Below are positions 20,818-30,834 of a stretch of DNA of 59,428 bases, piece after piece. The stretch covers positions 1 through 59,428 of the IMG/VR virus record IMGVR_UViG_3300025127_000036. One strand, 5' to 3'. This stretch comes from a virus (Duplodnaviria; Caudoviricetes). A program made the translations under genes and the position numbers. The stretch's first letter is position 1, and each line of letters starts with the position of its first letter. The notes under the pieces were generated by a model. It ran no database searches. It was not told the origin of the DNA and worked only from the letters and a program-made list of their open reading frames with translations.

Positions 20818-21375
20818 ATGATTATGGAAAATCAATTAAATATAGAACAATTTTCAAACATAGAACTAGACAATAATACCGTGAGTTCTATAACTGAAAA
20901 ATGTAATGAGTTAAAAACTCTTCAAGATAGTATTGAGGAGAAAGAAGAAGAAATTTCAAAGCTAAAACAAAAAGCTAAATCATATGAGGAAAGAATAATT
21001 CCGGACATGATGCAAGAGGCAGGTGTTCAGAAACTGGAATTATCTGATGGCACGAAGGTAGAAGTAAAACCTTTTTATGCCGCTAAAATTCCTGAATCTC
21101 GTAATGATGAAGCCTTTGATTGGCTTAGAAATAATGGTCATGGTGACATGATCAAAAATGTTTTAACAGCAAATATAGATAAAGGACAAGACAATCAGGT
21201 ATCTGTTTTGATTGATCTGTGTGAAAAATTAGATTTTTCATACACACAAAAACAAAAAGTAGAACCTATGACTTTGAAAGCCTTTGTAAAAGAACAAGTT
21301 GAAAAAGGAAAAGAAGTTCCTTTCGATATGTTTGGGGTGTATATTGCTAATAAAACAAAACTAACGAAAAAATAA
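20818..21375 (+). CDS. replication/recombination-associated coiled-coil protein
   Basis: GGAGGAGG RBS; AFDWLRNNGHGDMIK..VEPMTLKAFVKE; first gene of replication operon. Confidence 0.6.
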   Translation: MIMENQLNIEQFSNIELDNNTVSSITEKCNELKTLQDSIEEKEEEISKLKQKAKSYEERIIPDMMQEAGVQKLELSDGTKVEVKPFYAAKIPESRNDEAFDWLRNNGHGDMIKNVLTANIDKGQDNQVSVLIDLCEKLDFSYTQKQKVEPMTLKAFVKEQVEKGKEVPFDMFGVYIANKTKLTKK

Positions 21376-21387
21376 AAGGAAATAACG

Positions 21388-22176
21388 ATGAAGACTAACG
21401 ATCAAAAAGAAGTCGCTATCAAAGAAAAAGGTGGCGCAATTGCAAATGTTAATATTGAACAATTTGCAGATCAAGGATTTGATAATGTAGATTCAAAAAG
21501 TTTGGCTCTACCATTTTTAAAAATTCTTGGACAATTATCTCCACAAGTAACACAAGGAGATTCTCAATTCATACAAGAGGCAAGACCTGGTATGATTTTT
21601 AACACAGTAACCAATCAACTATTTGATGGATCAAAAGGGGTAACTGTAATTCCATGTTTTTATAAATTAGAATATATAGAGTGGAAAGATAGGGGTATGG
21701 AAGGTAGTTCAGCACCTGTTAATATTTATCCTGCTGATAGCGATATCATGTCTAAAACAACTAGAGATGATAAAAATAAAGATAGACTGCCTAATGGTAA
21801 CTATGTTGAAGAGACAGCATCTCATTACGTTACCGTTCTAGATGATAAAAATGTTGCTAGTACGGCTTTAATTACTATGAAATCCACGCAGAGAAAAAAA
21901 TCTAAAAAGTGGAATTCTATGATGATGTCTGTAAGGGCTAAAAGAAAAGATGGGAGCTTTTTTAAACCTGGTACATTTACACAAATGTACAACCTTAAAA
22001 CTGTTTTAGAAAAAAACAATTTAGGTTCTTGGTATGGATGGGAAATAGAACATATCGGAACTGTAAACTCTGGTGATGTATTACAGGGTGCGTTTGAATT
22101 TCATAAAACATGTAAAGAGGGAGCTGTTAAAGTAAATCACGATAAAGAAGAGACCGTAGAAAAAACACCTTTCTAG
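21388..22176 (+). CDS. putative ssDNA-binding/annealing protein
   Basis: LPFLKILGQLSPQ, MKSTQRKKSKKWN; acidic tail ending in PF like SSBs. Confidence 0.6.
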   Translation: MKTNDQKEVAIKEKGGAIANVNIEQFADQGFDNVDSKSLALPFLKILGQLSPQVTQGDSQFIQEARPGMIFNTVTNQLFDGSKGVTVIPCFYKLEYIEWKDRGMEGSSAPVNIYPADSDIMSKTTRDDKNKDRLPNGNYVEETASHYVTVLDDKNVASTALITMKSTQRKKSKKWNSMMMSVRAKRKDGSFFKPGTFTQMYNLKTVLEKNNLGSWYGWEIEHIGTVNSGDVLQGAFEFHKTCKEGAVKVNHDKEETVEKTPF

Positions 22177-22177
22177 T

Positions 22178-23749
22178 ATGCAGATACTTGACAAGACTCT
22201 GGAAGAGTTTGTAGAACTCTTCCAGGGTTCCAATACATATTTTGGTGTTTCCAAGCCTACAGGTAAAAAAAATTCCAAGGGTAAGGCAGAATTCAAACAT
22301 TGGCTTGAACCTACATCAATGACAAAAGATCATTGGTTAGAACATTTAAAAGGAGAAGCTTATTATGGATCTGTCCCTATCAGAGATGATAATACATGTA
22401 ATTGGGGGGTCATCGATGTTGATCGTTATAATATACGGCATCAAGACCTTGTTTCTATCATCAGAAAAAGAAGATACCCACTAGTACCCTATAGATCAAA
22501 GTCTAACGGGTTACATTTAATTTTACACATAGATGGTGTTGTTTCAGCATCAGATATGCGAAGAAAACTTATTCAAATCGCTTCCGATTTAGGTATTAAC
22601 GATACCACTACCGATATTTTTCCTGCACAAGATGAAGTTGATTTAACACCTGAGAACTGGGATGAAAAAAGAAAAGGTAATTTTGTTAACCTACCTTACC
22701 AAAAGGCTCACATGACTACACGAGTCGCAATGGATGATAATTGTAATTCAATAAAAATAGAAAACTTATATGATTTTGTAAGCAAATTTAGACTTACACC
22801 CGCAGAGTTTAAAAAATTAAAAATATTTCAAGATGATGAAACAAAAGATTACCCTCCTTGTGTGGTTAACTTTATGAAAAATAAGGTTGTAAAGGGTGAG
22901 GGAAGAAATGATGCGATGTTTAATGTTGCAGTGTTAGCAAAAAAAATAAATCCAGATCCTGTTATGTACGAAGAGTGGACAAGAGAAATGATGACAAAAG
23001 TTTGCACAGAAAAATTACACCCAAAAGAATTACAAAATATATTTAAAGGTGTTGAAAATAAAGAATATGCATATAAATGTAAAACATCTATTGCTAGAAT
23101 GCATTGTGTTTCTAGTGAGTGTATAAAAAGAAAATTTGGAATTGGTGCGAACGAGGCTTTACCTGAGGTAGGTAAATTACTCAAAGTCAATTCTTATCCT
23201 GAACCATATTGGATTTTACCAATACAGGGTAAATCTATTAGACTATCTACTAAACAATTATATCAACAACAATTATTAGGTGAACAACTTTTAAATTACG
23301 ATATTGTTTGGAGAGTTTTAAAACCATCTAAAAGAGATCCAGATCCTTACCGTGATTGGTTAGAAGAATTAATTACTAATAAACAAGATATGGAAGGATT
23401 TGATGCACATGAGGAAAGAGAAGATGTATTTAATTCTAGGATGTCTCAATTTTTAGAAGATACAGAAGATACAACTGAATTTGATCAAATAGATTCTGGT
23501 AATATATGGATAGATAAAGTGGAAATGAGATTCAAATTAGAAACATTTAGAAAATTTATGAAAAAGATGGGGTATAATTGGTCTGAAAGAGATTGCACAA
23601 AATTTCTTGAACAAGGAGGAGCGCAACCTAAAAAGAAATTTCAAAATATTGATACTCGTCATTGGGTAGTAAATTTACCAAAACAAACAGAGCATAAAAA
23701 TAAAAATGTCACGTTCACTAAAACAAAAGCTGCATGGGAAGACAATTAA
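22178..23749 (+). CDS. AEP-type primase/primase-polymerase
   Basis: WGVIDVD (DxD), RSKSNGLH (SxH), GNFVNLPY, PPC..GEGRND C-terminal domain. Confidence 0.85.
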   Translation: MQILDKTLEEFVELFQGSNTYFGVSKPTGKKNSKGKAEFKHWLEPTSMTKDHWLEHLKGEAYYGSVPIRDDNTCNWGVIDVDRYNIRHQDLVSIIRKRRYPLVPYRSKSNGLHLILHIDGVVSASDMRRKLIQIASDLGINDTTTDIFPAQDEVDLTPENWDEKRKGNFVNLPYQKAHMTTRVAMDDNCNSIKIENLYDFVSKFRLTPAEFKKLKIFQDDETKDYPPCVVNFMKNKVVKGEGRNDAMFNVAVLAKKINPDPVMYEEWTREMMTKVCTEKLHPKELQNIFKGVENKEYAYKCKTSIARMHCVSSECIKRKFGIGANEALPEVGKLLKVNSYPEPYWILPIQGKSIRLSTKQLYQQQLLGEQLLNYDIVWRVLKPSKRDPDPYRDWLEELITNKQDMEGFDAHEEREDVFNSRMSQFLEDTEDTTEFDQIDSGNIWIDKVEMRFKLETFRKFMKKMGYNWSERDCTKFLEQGGAQPKKKFQNIDTRHWVVNLPKQTEHKNKNVTFTKTKAAWEDN

Positions 23750-25322
23750 AATTTTTGGGCCTCCCGGAACAGGAAAAACCGAAAACTTATTGAAAAGAGT
23801 TCAAAGATTTTTAAAACAAGGATTTGAACCTGAAGATATTTGCTACATTTCTTTTACCAATAAAGCCGTAGATGAATGTGTAAGCAGGATAAGAAAAAAA
23901 TTTTCAGATATTGATGAGGATCGTTTTAAATATTTCAGAACATTACATAGTTTAGCAAGACAACAGTTTGCTGAAATACCAGTTTTAGATCCTAAAGTAG
24001 ATTTATTAAATTTTCATACTGAATACGGAACAATAAAAATTAATTTTAAAGAAAGTTGGGATGATCAAAAGGTATATAATAATTGGTCTTTGCAGTTGTA
24101 TGATCGTGCAAGAAATATGAAGGTAGATCCAGTTTCTCTATATAAAAAACAAACAAGAAAAGGTGTTAGATTACAGCAATTTAAATCTATTATTGCAGGA
24201 TACGAAAATTTTAAAACCATGGAGTTAGAAAACGGACAACGGACACCGGATCGATTAGATTTTACAGACATGGTGCAAAAATTTATCTCTGATGGTGGGG
24301 GTCTTCCTATAAAAGTTTTGATGGTAGATGAAGCTCAAGATCTCACACCTTTACAATGGGATATGGTTGTAAAGTTAGCGAGAAATGTTTGGAGAGTTTA
24401 TATTGCGGGAGATGATGATCAAGCTATATACGAGTGGAACGGGGCTGATGTAGAACATTTTCAAAATTTTCCTGGTAAAAATGTAATTTTAAAAAAATCA
24501 GTAAGATTAAATAAACAAGTGCATTTTTTTTCTAAATGTCTGTTATTAGGGATGAAGAATAATAGAATAGAGAAGGAGTTTTATTCAAACCAAAAAGAGG
24601 GTGAAATATATTATTGGAATAATTTAAAGAAAGTGCCCTGGGAAATAGATGGTAGTTGGTTAGTTTTGGCCAGAATTAATGATGTAAAAAAAGAATTACA
24701 ACAGGAAGCAAAAGAAATGTCTTTATATTTTCAAGATGTAAAAGGTAATAAGTCTTTTGAAATAAATCAGTATCAGGCCATAGAATATTGGCAAAAAATA
24801 TGTGAGGGAGGTTCTATCACTAGAGAAGAGGCCTGCATTATGTATGAATATTTACTTAACATTGATCACGGATATAGATCACAAGAAAGCAAAAAATGGA
24901 GTTTTGCCCATCCGAATCAAGTATTTAACTTTGACGAATTACATTTAAGAGGAGGTATGAGAGAGGAAAGAGGAAATTGGCTTGATATTTTCAAAAGAAA
25001 ATTTAAAGATAGGGATAAGCAATATTTTAAAAAACTTATGAAGGAAAAGATAGATCTTACTCAACCGCCTAAAATAATAATTGATACAATACATCAAGTT
25101 AAAGGAGGCGAAGCAGATAACGTTGTTTTATCAAGTAAATGTAATTTTCCATCCCATTTTGAAAAAAAGAATAGTAAAGAAAAAGCAAAAGAACTTAGAG
25201 TTTGGTATACAGGAGCAACTCGATCAAAAGGAACTTTACATCTATTAGGGACATACCATCAATACAATTTTCCGTTAGGGAGATATTTTAAAACTTACGA
25301 GGCAAATTATGGACGGACTTAA
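23706..25322 (+). CDS. UvrD/Rep-like SF1 helicase
   Basis: GPPGTGKT, SFTNKA, VDEAQD, AGDDDQAIY, TIHQVKGGEAD, YTGATRSK. Confidence 0.93.
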   Translation: MSRSLKQKLHGKTIKIFGPPGTGKTENLLKRVQRFLKQGFEPEDICYISFTNKAVDECVSRIRKKFSDIDEDRFKYFRTLHSLARQQFAEIPVLDPKVDLLNFHTEYGTIKINFKESWDDQKVYNNWSLQLYDRARNMKVDPVSLYKKQTRKGVRLQQFKSIIAGYENFKTMELENGQRTPDRLDFTDMVQKFISDGGGLPIKVLMVDEAQDLTPLQWDMVVKLARNVWRVYIAGDDDQAIYEWNGADVEHFQNFPGKNVILKKSVRLNKQVHFFSKCLLLGMKNNRIEKEFYSNQKEGEIYYWNNLKKVPWEIDGSWLVLARINDVKKELQQEAKEMSLYFQDVKGNKSFEINQYQAIEYWQKICEGGSITREEACIMYEYLLNIDHGYRSQESKKWSFAHPNQVFNFDELHLRGGMREERGNWLDIFKRKFKDRDKQYFKKLMKEKIDLTQPPKIIIDTIHQVKGGEADNVVLSSKCNFPSHFEKKNSKEKAKELRVWYTGATRSKGTLHLLGTYHQYNFPLGRYFKTYEANYGRT

Positions 25323-25518
25323 AAAAGCTATAATAACTGCATTAGAAGACAGATATAATTCCCAAATTTCTGAGGCTGATGCGACTTTGAAGATATATTT
25401 AGAAAAATCAGTAGGCATAGGTGAACATCCACAACACATTGACGAGGTTGATAAGCTTATAGAAAAAATAGCAACTGCAGAGGAAAAGTTAAAAATTCTT
25501 CAAGAATTTAAATTATGA
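25309..25518 (+). CDS. hypothetical protein
   Basis: VGIGEHP motif seen in marine phage small proteins; coupled ORF. Confidence 0.7.
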   Translation: MDGLKKAIITALEDRYNSQISEADATLKIYLEKSVGIGEHPQHIDEVDKLIEKIATAEEKLKILQEFKL

Positions 25519-25751
25519 CAAATAAAGATATATTTAATGATGCTTTTCCACAAGATAGGCAGGTGGGAGGATCTCATTATAAAAAATTCCGTATTCAACC
25601 ATATGAATTTATATCAAAAAACAATTTATCTTTTTTTCAGGGAAACGTAATAAAATATGTTTGCAGATATTTATTTAAAAACAAAATAGAAGATTTAGAA
25701 AAAATAATTCATTATTGTGAATTAGAGATTAAAAAACTGAAAGATAAATAA
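25515..25751 (+). CDS. DUF3310/SaV-like protein
   Basis: QVGGSHY..QPYEFI..FFQGNVIKYVCRY..K..EDLEK..HY. Confidence 0.85.
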   Translation: MTNKDIFNDAFPQDRQVGGSHYKKFRIQPYEFISKNNLSFFQGNVIKYVCRYLFKNKIEDLEKIIHYCELEIKKLKDK

Positions 25752-25870
25752 TGACTTTTTTCCACGGGTTAGGAATGTTTTTATTAGGATTAGTTTCAAT
25801 TATTTTTGCATCAATAATAATTTATTTTATTTTTAATAAAATTCTAAAAGATGAAGAAGAAAATAAATGA
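25751..25870 (+). CDS. small membrane peptide (39 aa, not in ORF track)
   Basis: MTFFHGLGMFLLGLVSIIFASIIIYFIFNKILKDEEENK*, coupled to both neighbours. Confidence 0.65.
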   Translation: MTFFHGLGMFLLGLVSIIFASIIIYFIFNKILKDEEENK

Positions 25871-27735
25871 CCCATCAATTAAATTTTATTTACAATGACA
25901 GTGATTGGATTGCCCCAAGTGAATATCCAGACTTATCTCAAGCAAAAGAGATTGCTATAGATTTAGAAACAAAAGATCCTAATATAAAAACTAAAGGTGC
26001 AGGTTGGGCAACTTTTGATGGTGCTATTGTGGGTTTTGCTGTAGCTGCCTTTGATCAACAATGGTATTTCCCGATTCAGCATGATGCAGGTGGTAATATG
26101 GATTTAGGTATTACAACCGCATGGATGCAGGATGTTTTAAAAACTCCTGCAACAAAAGTTTTTCACAATGCAAGTTATGATGTTGGTTGGTTATTAGTTA
26201 ATGGCTTTGAAATAAATGGCCCAATAGTAGATACGATGGTTGCGGCCGCAATCGTTAACGAAAATAGATTTAGTTTTAGTTTAAATGCTTGCGCTAAAGA
26301 CTATTTAGGTGAAATTAAAAATGAAACGTTTTTGAACGAAAAAGCTAAAGAATGGGGAATTGATCCTAAAGCAGACCTTTGGAGACTGCCTGCGGGCTAC
26401 GTAGGCTTCTATGCTGAGCAAGATGCGGGCTTAACCCTACGTCTTTGGAAATATTTTAAAAGTGAAATAACTAAACAGAGTTTAAACGATGTTTGGGAAA
26501 TGGAGATGGAGCTGTTGCCGATACTAATTGACATGAGAAGAAGAGGAATAAGAATTGATGAAGAAAAAGCTCACTTGTTAAAAAAAGAATTTAAAACAAA
26601 GGAAAATATTTTATTAAAAAAAATTAAAGATGAAACTACTATAAGGGTAGATATTTGGGCCGCAAGGAGTGTAGCTCAGGTATTTGATAGATTAGGTGTT
26701 GAATACCCACGGACACCGAAAACCGGAGAACCCAGTTTTACACAAAATTGGTTAGTAAATTGTAGTAACCCGATAGCGCAACTAATAAGAGAAGCAAGAG
26801 AAATAAATAAATTCCATTCAACATTTATAGATTCAATTCAACGTTATGTTCACAAAGGTAGAATACATTCAGAAATAAATCAACTAAGATCTGATCAGGG
26901 AGGAACTGTTTCAGGAAGATTATCCTATTCAAATCCAAATCTTCAACAAATTCCCGCTCGTAATAAAGAGTTTGGAGATAAGATAAGAAGTTTATTTTTA
27001 CCCGAAGAGGGTAGACAATGGGGTAGTTTTGATTACTCTCAACAAGAGCCTCGTTTAGTTGCTCATTACGCGGCCTCCGTAAACGAAAAATTTACAGGTG
27101 CAGATGATTTTATTAAATCTTACCAAAATGAAGAGGCTGATTTCCATCAACTAGTGGCTGATATGGCGGGTATATCAAGAACACAAGCTAAAACAATTAA
27201 TTTAGGATTATTTTATGGCATGGGAAAAGCAAAATTATCAAAAGAATTAGGTATAGATAAAGAGAATGCTGAAAGATTATTAATTAAATACAACGATAGA
27301 GTACCATTCGTTAAAAAATTAGCTAATGAGGTTACTAATAGTGCATCAAAATACGGCTTTATTCGCACAATAAGGGGTCGTAAATGCCGATTTGACATGT
27401 GGGAGCCATCTACCTTCGGAATGAACAAAGCTATGCAATATGAGGAGGCTAAGGCAATTTATGGAAATAACATAAGAAGAGCATTTACTTACAAAGCTTT
27501 AAATAGATTAATACAAGGCTCCGCGGCTGACCAAACAAAACAAGCTATGATAGATTGCCACAAAGCGGGGCAACTACCTATTTTACAAATTCATGATGAA
27601 TTATGTTTTTCAGTTGGATCTGATAATGATATTAAAATAGTTAAAGATAAAATGGAAAATGCAATTGAAAATCTTAAGGTGCCTTTTACAGTTGATGTAG
27701 CAACTGGGAAAAGTTGGGGTGAAGCCAAGGAATAA
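25867..27735 (+). CDS. polA: family A DNA polymerase with 3'-5' exonuclease domain
   Basis: IDLET (ExoI), HNASYD, SGRLS..PNLQQIP, DYSQQEPR (motif A), RTQAKTINLGLFYG (motif B), IHDEL (motif C). Confidence 0.96.
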   Translation: MTHQLNFIYNDSDWIAPSEYPDLSQAKEIAIDLETKDPNIKTKGAGWATFDGAIVGFAVAAFDQQWYFPIQHDAGGNMDLGITTAWMQDVLKTPATKVFHNASYDVGWLLVNGFEINGPIVDTMVAAAIVNENRFSFSLNACAKDYLGEIKNETFLNEKAKEWGIDPKADLWRLPAGYVGFYAEQDAGLTLRLWKYFKSEITKQSLNDVWEMEMELLPILIDMRRRGIRIDEEKAHLLKKEFKTKENILLKKIKDETTIRVDIWAARSVAQVFDRLGVEYPRTPKTGEPSFTQNWLVNCSNPIAQLIREAREINKFHSTFIDSIQRYVHKGRIHSEINQLRSDQGGTVSGRLSYSNPNLQQIPARNKEFGDKIRSLFLPEEGRQWGSFDYSQQEPRLVAHYAASVNEKFTGADDFIKSYQNEEADFHQLVADMAGISRTQAKTINLGLFYGMGKAKLSKELGIDKENAERLLIKYNDRVPFVKKLANEVTNSASKYGFIRTIRGRKCRFDMWEPSTFGMNKAMQYEEAKAIYGNNIRRAFTYKALNRLIQGSAADQTKQAMIDCHKAGQLPILQIHDELCFSVGSDNDIKIVKDKMENAIENLKVPFTVDVATGKSWGEAKE

Positions 27736-27855
27736 TTAATCATTTTTTTCATCATCTTCGCTCTCCTCTTCTTCTTTTAACTCTTTTTCCTCTAGTTCTT
27801 TTTTTAATTCTTTTAATTCTTTATAATAGTTCGGGTGCTTCCATTCAAAAGTCAT
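27736..27855 (-). CDS. small acidic protein (39 aa, not in ORF track)
   Basis: AAGGA RBS; MTFEWKHPNYYKELKELKKELEEKELKEEEESEDDEKND*. Confidence 0.65.
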   Translation of the reverse strand: MTFEWKHPNYYKELKELKKELEEKELKEEEESEDDEKND

Positions 27856-27874
27856 ATCTTTTCCTTATAATTTT

Positions 27875-28538
27875 GTGAACATGATCCGGCAATTATTATT
27901 TATTTAATCTCTTTAACTTAGTTTTATATTTCTTTAAATAAGTTAAAGTTGTTTTACTTTTTCGTTCCCACTTTTTTATCAAAGCTTCCAAATGTTTTAT
28001 TTTCTTTTGCTTTTTTTCTTCGGGTGTGAGAACAATTGTTTTTTTCTTAAGTGTACCATTCAACCAACCTTTGGCTTGAACAAATTTTATCATGTCCAAT
28101 TCCAATTCAGCCTGTTGATAGCAATGGTGGTTCATTCTAGGTCTTAACCATTTATGTACCATATGTGATACATCATGGATTAACCTTCTCCATCCATTAT
28201 GCAAAGTGGATGGATCACCAGATAAACAGATCCAACATCTTCTCGGTTCCTTAGCATAAATTTGAATAGGCATTTTTCTATTCAACCATTTATCTTTAAA
28301 GGGGTGTCTAGTTTGTTTTCTTCCAAACTTTCTTGTCAAAAGGCGGTAGGCCCTTTGAGCTTCATCCCTAGTTATATACGGAAGGACACTTGGCAATGTT
28401 GAATTGCAATCATTATATTTTTTGGCGGTGTTAAATTTAACATCTAACGTAGCCATCATTGAGTCTAACTTTGTTAAAGTTTGACTTATGGTTTTTTCAC
28501 TCATAGTTACTCCTGTTGTTAAGCCGGATCATATTCAC
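27875..28538. repeat. 16-bp inverted repeat pair bracketing ORF 27896..28504
   Basis: GTGAACATGATCCGGC (27875-27890) and GCCGGATCATATTCAC (28523-28538), 15/16 complementary. Confidence 0.9.
27896..28504 (-). CDS. hypothetical protein with zincin-like HDxxH motif
   Basis: AGGAG RBS; LIHDVSHMVH..NHH; own extended -10 promoter (TGCTATAAT) upstream. Confidence 0.7.
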   Translation of the reverse strand: MSEKTISQTLTKLDSMMATLDVKFNTAKKYNDCNSTLPSVLPYITRDEAQRAYRLLTRKFGRKQTRHPFKDKWLNRKMPIQIYAKEPRRCWICLSGDPSTLHNGWRRLIHDVSHMVHKWLRPRMNHHCYQQAELELDMIKFVQAKGWLNGTLKKKTIVLTPEEKKQKKIKHLEALIKKWERKSKTTLTYLKKYKTKLKRLNK

Positions 28539-28768
28539 GATGTTTAATAGCTAATAAAAAATTTATAAAAAAACTTTTTATCTCCTATTATAGCATTTTT
28601 GATTTTTCACTTTTTTGCGAAAAAAAAATTTTATTCAATTCTAGAGCGATGAAATTTTAGGGTGTTTCATTTTTGGTGCGACAATTCGCAGCTTTCTGGG
28701 ATTTGATGGGTTTTTGTTTTTTTGGGCAGACAAGTCCCCTATGAAATAAATTGAAATAATTTGCTAGT

Positions 28769-28957
28769 CTAGCTAGCTATGTCTAAAAGATCTTTTTTTG
28801 CATCCTCAACGCTTTGATCGTTGATTTGTTTTCTAAGATCCTTAATTTTGATGTCTATCCATTTCATATCAGTTGTTACTCGGCCCTGTTGCAACGCTTG
28901 GTTTGCCCATTTTGACTCCAACTGTAGTTTCTCCGACACCAGTTTTTGTAAGCACAT
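28769..28957 (-). CDS. hypothetical protein
   Basis: GAGGAGG RBS inside upstream ORF; helical sequence. Confidence 0.65.
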   Translation of the reverse strand: MCLQKLVSEKLQLESKWANQALQQGRVTTDMKWIDIKIKDLRKQINDQSVEDAKKDLLDIAS

Positions 28958-29147
28958 CCCTGTCTACCTCCTCGAAAGTTATATAAAGACGGTTTGGATC
29001 AACAAATCCTCCACCCTCTTTTTCAATTACGTCTCCTGACTCAACTTTCGTAGCAAACGTGTCAAGAGCCTCCGCATCACTCTTAGCCTCAAGCATCTCA
29101 TCAAGTAATATCCCCTTATATTTTGCTTGGACGCGATACAGTTTCAT
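28869..29147 (-). CDS. hypothetical protein
   Basis: ORF track; YRVQAKY..EAKSDAEA motif. Confidence 0.6.
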   Translation of the reverse strand: MKLYRVQAKYKGILLDEMLEAKSDAEALDTFATKVESGDVIEKEGGGFVDPNRLYITFEEVDRDVLTKTGVGETTVGVKMGKPSVATGPSNN

Positions 29148-29182
29148 GTATTATTATATATCAAATTGTGACTAGATTGCAA

Positions 29183-29437
29183 CTATGCGCCTACTTTGGG
29201 TTTTTTCTTAGGAACTATTAGATCTTCAAAAACATTTACCTGTCTACACTCAAATTTTACGGCAATTTTTTCAATATTTACTTTTCTATCCTCCATCTCA
29301 AATACACTCATATATGCTAATTTATAGCCCATTAATGAGCATTCTTTATGAGATTGAAACTCAAGCGATGGAATTCTTCCATTATCACATGATTGAGAAA
29401 GAATAGAACAAACATACATTACTAAAACAAATTTCAT
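29183..29437 (-). CDS. hypothetical Cys-containing protein
   Basis: MKFVLVMYVCS..C..F..HKEC..G..KFEC; AGGA RBS. Confidence 0.65.
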   Translation of the reverse strand: MKFVLVMYVCSILSQSCDNGRIPSLEFQSHKECSLMGYKLAYMSVFEMEDRKVNIEKIAVKFECRQVNVFEDLIVPKKKPKVGA

Positions 29438-29574
29438 AAAATTCCTATATTATCCTATAATATTTTTTTGTTGCATATCCCATTAAAATGTTTATATTAA
29501 AAATTAAAATTACTTAGAGGGTATCATGGAAAAGATGAAAAAGATATATGTCAAAATTAACAGCAAAGGAGGTT

Positions 29575-29829
29575 ATGAGTATAAAATCTAAATCTCATGC
29601 TTTTAATAGTTGGGTTAAAGAAATGGACGAGGTGCTTTCTGAAACTCAAAGTTTAACAATTGATGGTCAGCCAATGGAGGCTTCCGACTATCATTTTAAA
29701 GATCAAATAAAAAAACTTGCAAAAGTTCCGCTAGTCCTTGATGGTCAAGCTGTCTATCCATTAAACGATTGGACAGCATCTGATTTAGTCCATAGTGAAA
29801 TTGATGCAAAAAACACGAGTGAGGTATAA
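29575..29829 (+). CDS. hypothetical protein
   Basis: AAGGAGGT RBS favours ATG 29575 over 29548. Confidence 0.65.
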   Translation: MSIKSKSHAFNSWVKEMDEVLSETQSLTIDGQPMEASDYHFKDQIKKLAKVPLVLDGQAVYPLNDWTASDLVHSEIDAKNTSEV

Positions 29830-30608
29830 TGTCAAAAACCAAAAAAAGCGAAAGTAACATAATTTATGTTACGCGTGATTACAGTATGTTTAAAACTGTA
29901 AAAGGAAATCGTGCAATTGATGAAGCGCACGTGCAGAGACTAGTTAGGGAGATGAAGAGAAAAGATTTAGATCTTCCTATCTTTATAAACGAGAATGATG
30001 AAGTTGTTGATGGTCAACATACTTTACAAGCTCGAAAAGAGTTGGGTAAACCAGTCAGATATATAAGAGGCAAATTCGAAAATGAATTCGATGTTGCAAT
30101 TATGAACGCCAATAGAAAAAATTGGCCCATGACTGCTTACTTAAATTTTCATATTGAAAATGGGAAAAAAGATTATAGCATAGTTAAAGCAATGACTAAG
30201 CAATATTCTTTACCATTAGAATGCGCAGTATTTATTCTTGCCGGTGGTTATTCAATGTGGAGAGAAACAAGAAATGATTTTAAACAAGGTAAGTTTAAAA
30301 TTAAAACTCTTCAAAGATGTAATGATGTAGGTTCATCGTTGATGTATATGAAAAATAATTTCAATATAAATTTGACGAGACCTTTTATTACTGCATACTT
30401 GGTAATATCAGAACATCCTAAATTTAAGTGGGAACGTTTTAAAACTGCTCTTAAAACAAAATCTGCTTTGTTATTGAGGGGAACAAACACTGAGGATTTT
30501 ATCAGAGTATTTGATAAAGTTTATAACGGAAATGTTCATAACAAAATAAATTTCACGAGATATTTTTTAGATCGTGAATATCAAGATAGAGAAGACGAAA
30601 ACAAGTAA
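29829..30608 (+). CDS. ParB/Srx-like N-terminal domain protein
   Basis: GNRAIDEAHVQRL..PIFINE..VVDGQHTLQA. Confidence 0.75.
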   Translation: MSKTKKSESNIIYVTRDYSMFKTVKGNRAIDEAHVQRLVREMKRKDLDLPIFINENDEVVDGQHTLQARKELGKPVRYIRGKFENEFDVAIMNANRKNWPMTAYLNFHIENGKKDYSIVKAMTKQYSLPLECAVFILAGGYSMWRETRNDFKQGKFKIKTLQRCNDVGSSLMYMKNNFNINLTRPFITAYLVISEHPKFKWERFKTALKTKSALLLRGTNTEDFIRVFDKVYNGNVHNKINFTRYFLDREYQDREDENK

Positions 30609-30618
30609 AGGAAAGAAG

Positions 30619-30834
30619 ATGGACATCAACAAATGGAAATCGTGCGCTGTTGACATTGATACCTATTGCATTTTGCGTGCAATGGGTAGTCATGGTTTTA
30701 GAAAGCCCGCATCTATGATTGCAAAAATTGTGGATGATGAAGTGAAAAAAATTTCTAAAAAGAACAACTCATCGTACGATAAAACTAGAGAGAATTTACT
30801 TAGTCAAGGAAAGAAACTCTTGAACGGTAAATAG
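30619..30834 (+). CDS. putative ribbon-helix-helix DNA-binding regulator
   Basis: AAGGA RBS; WKSCAVDIDTYCILRAM..RKPASMIAKIVD fits strand-helix-helix pattern. Confidence 0.55.
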   Translation: MDINKWKSCAVDIDTYCILRAMGSHGFRKPASMIAKIVDDEVKKISKKNNSSYDKTRENLLSQGKKLLNGK

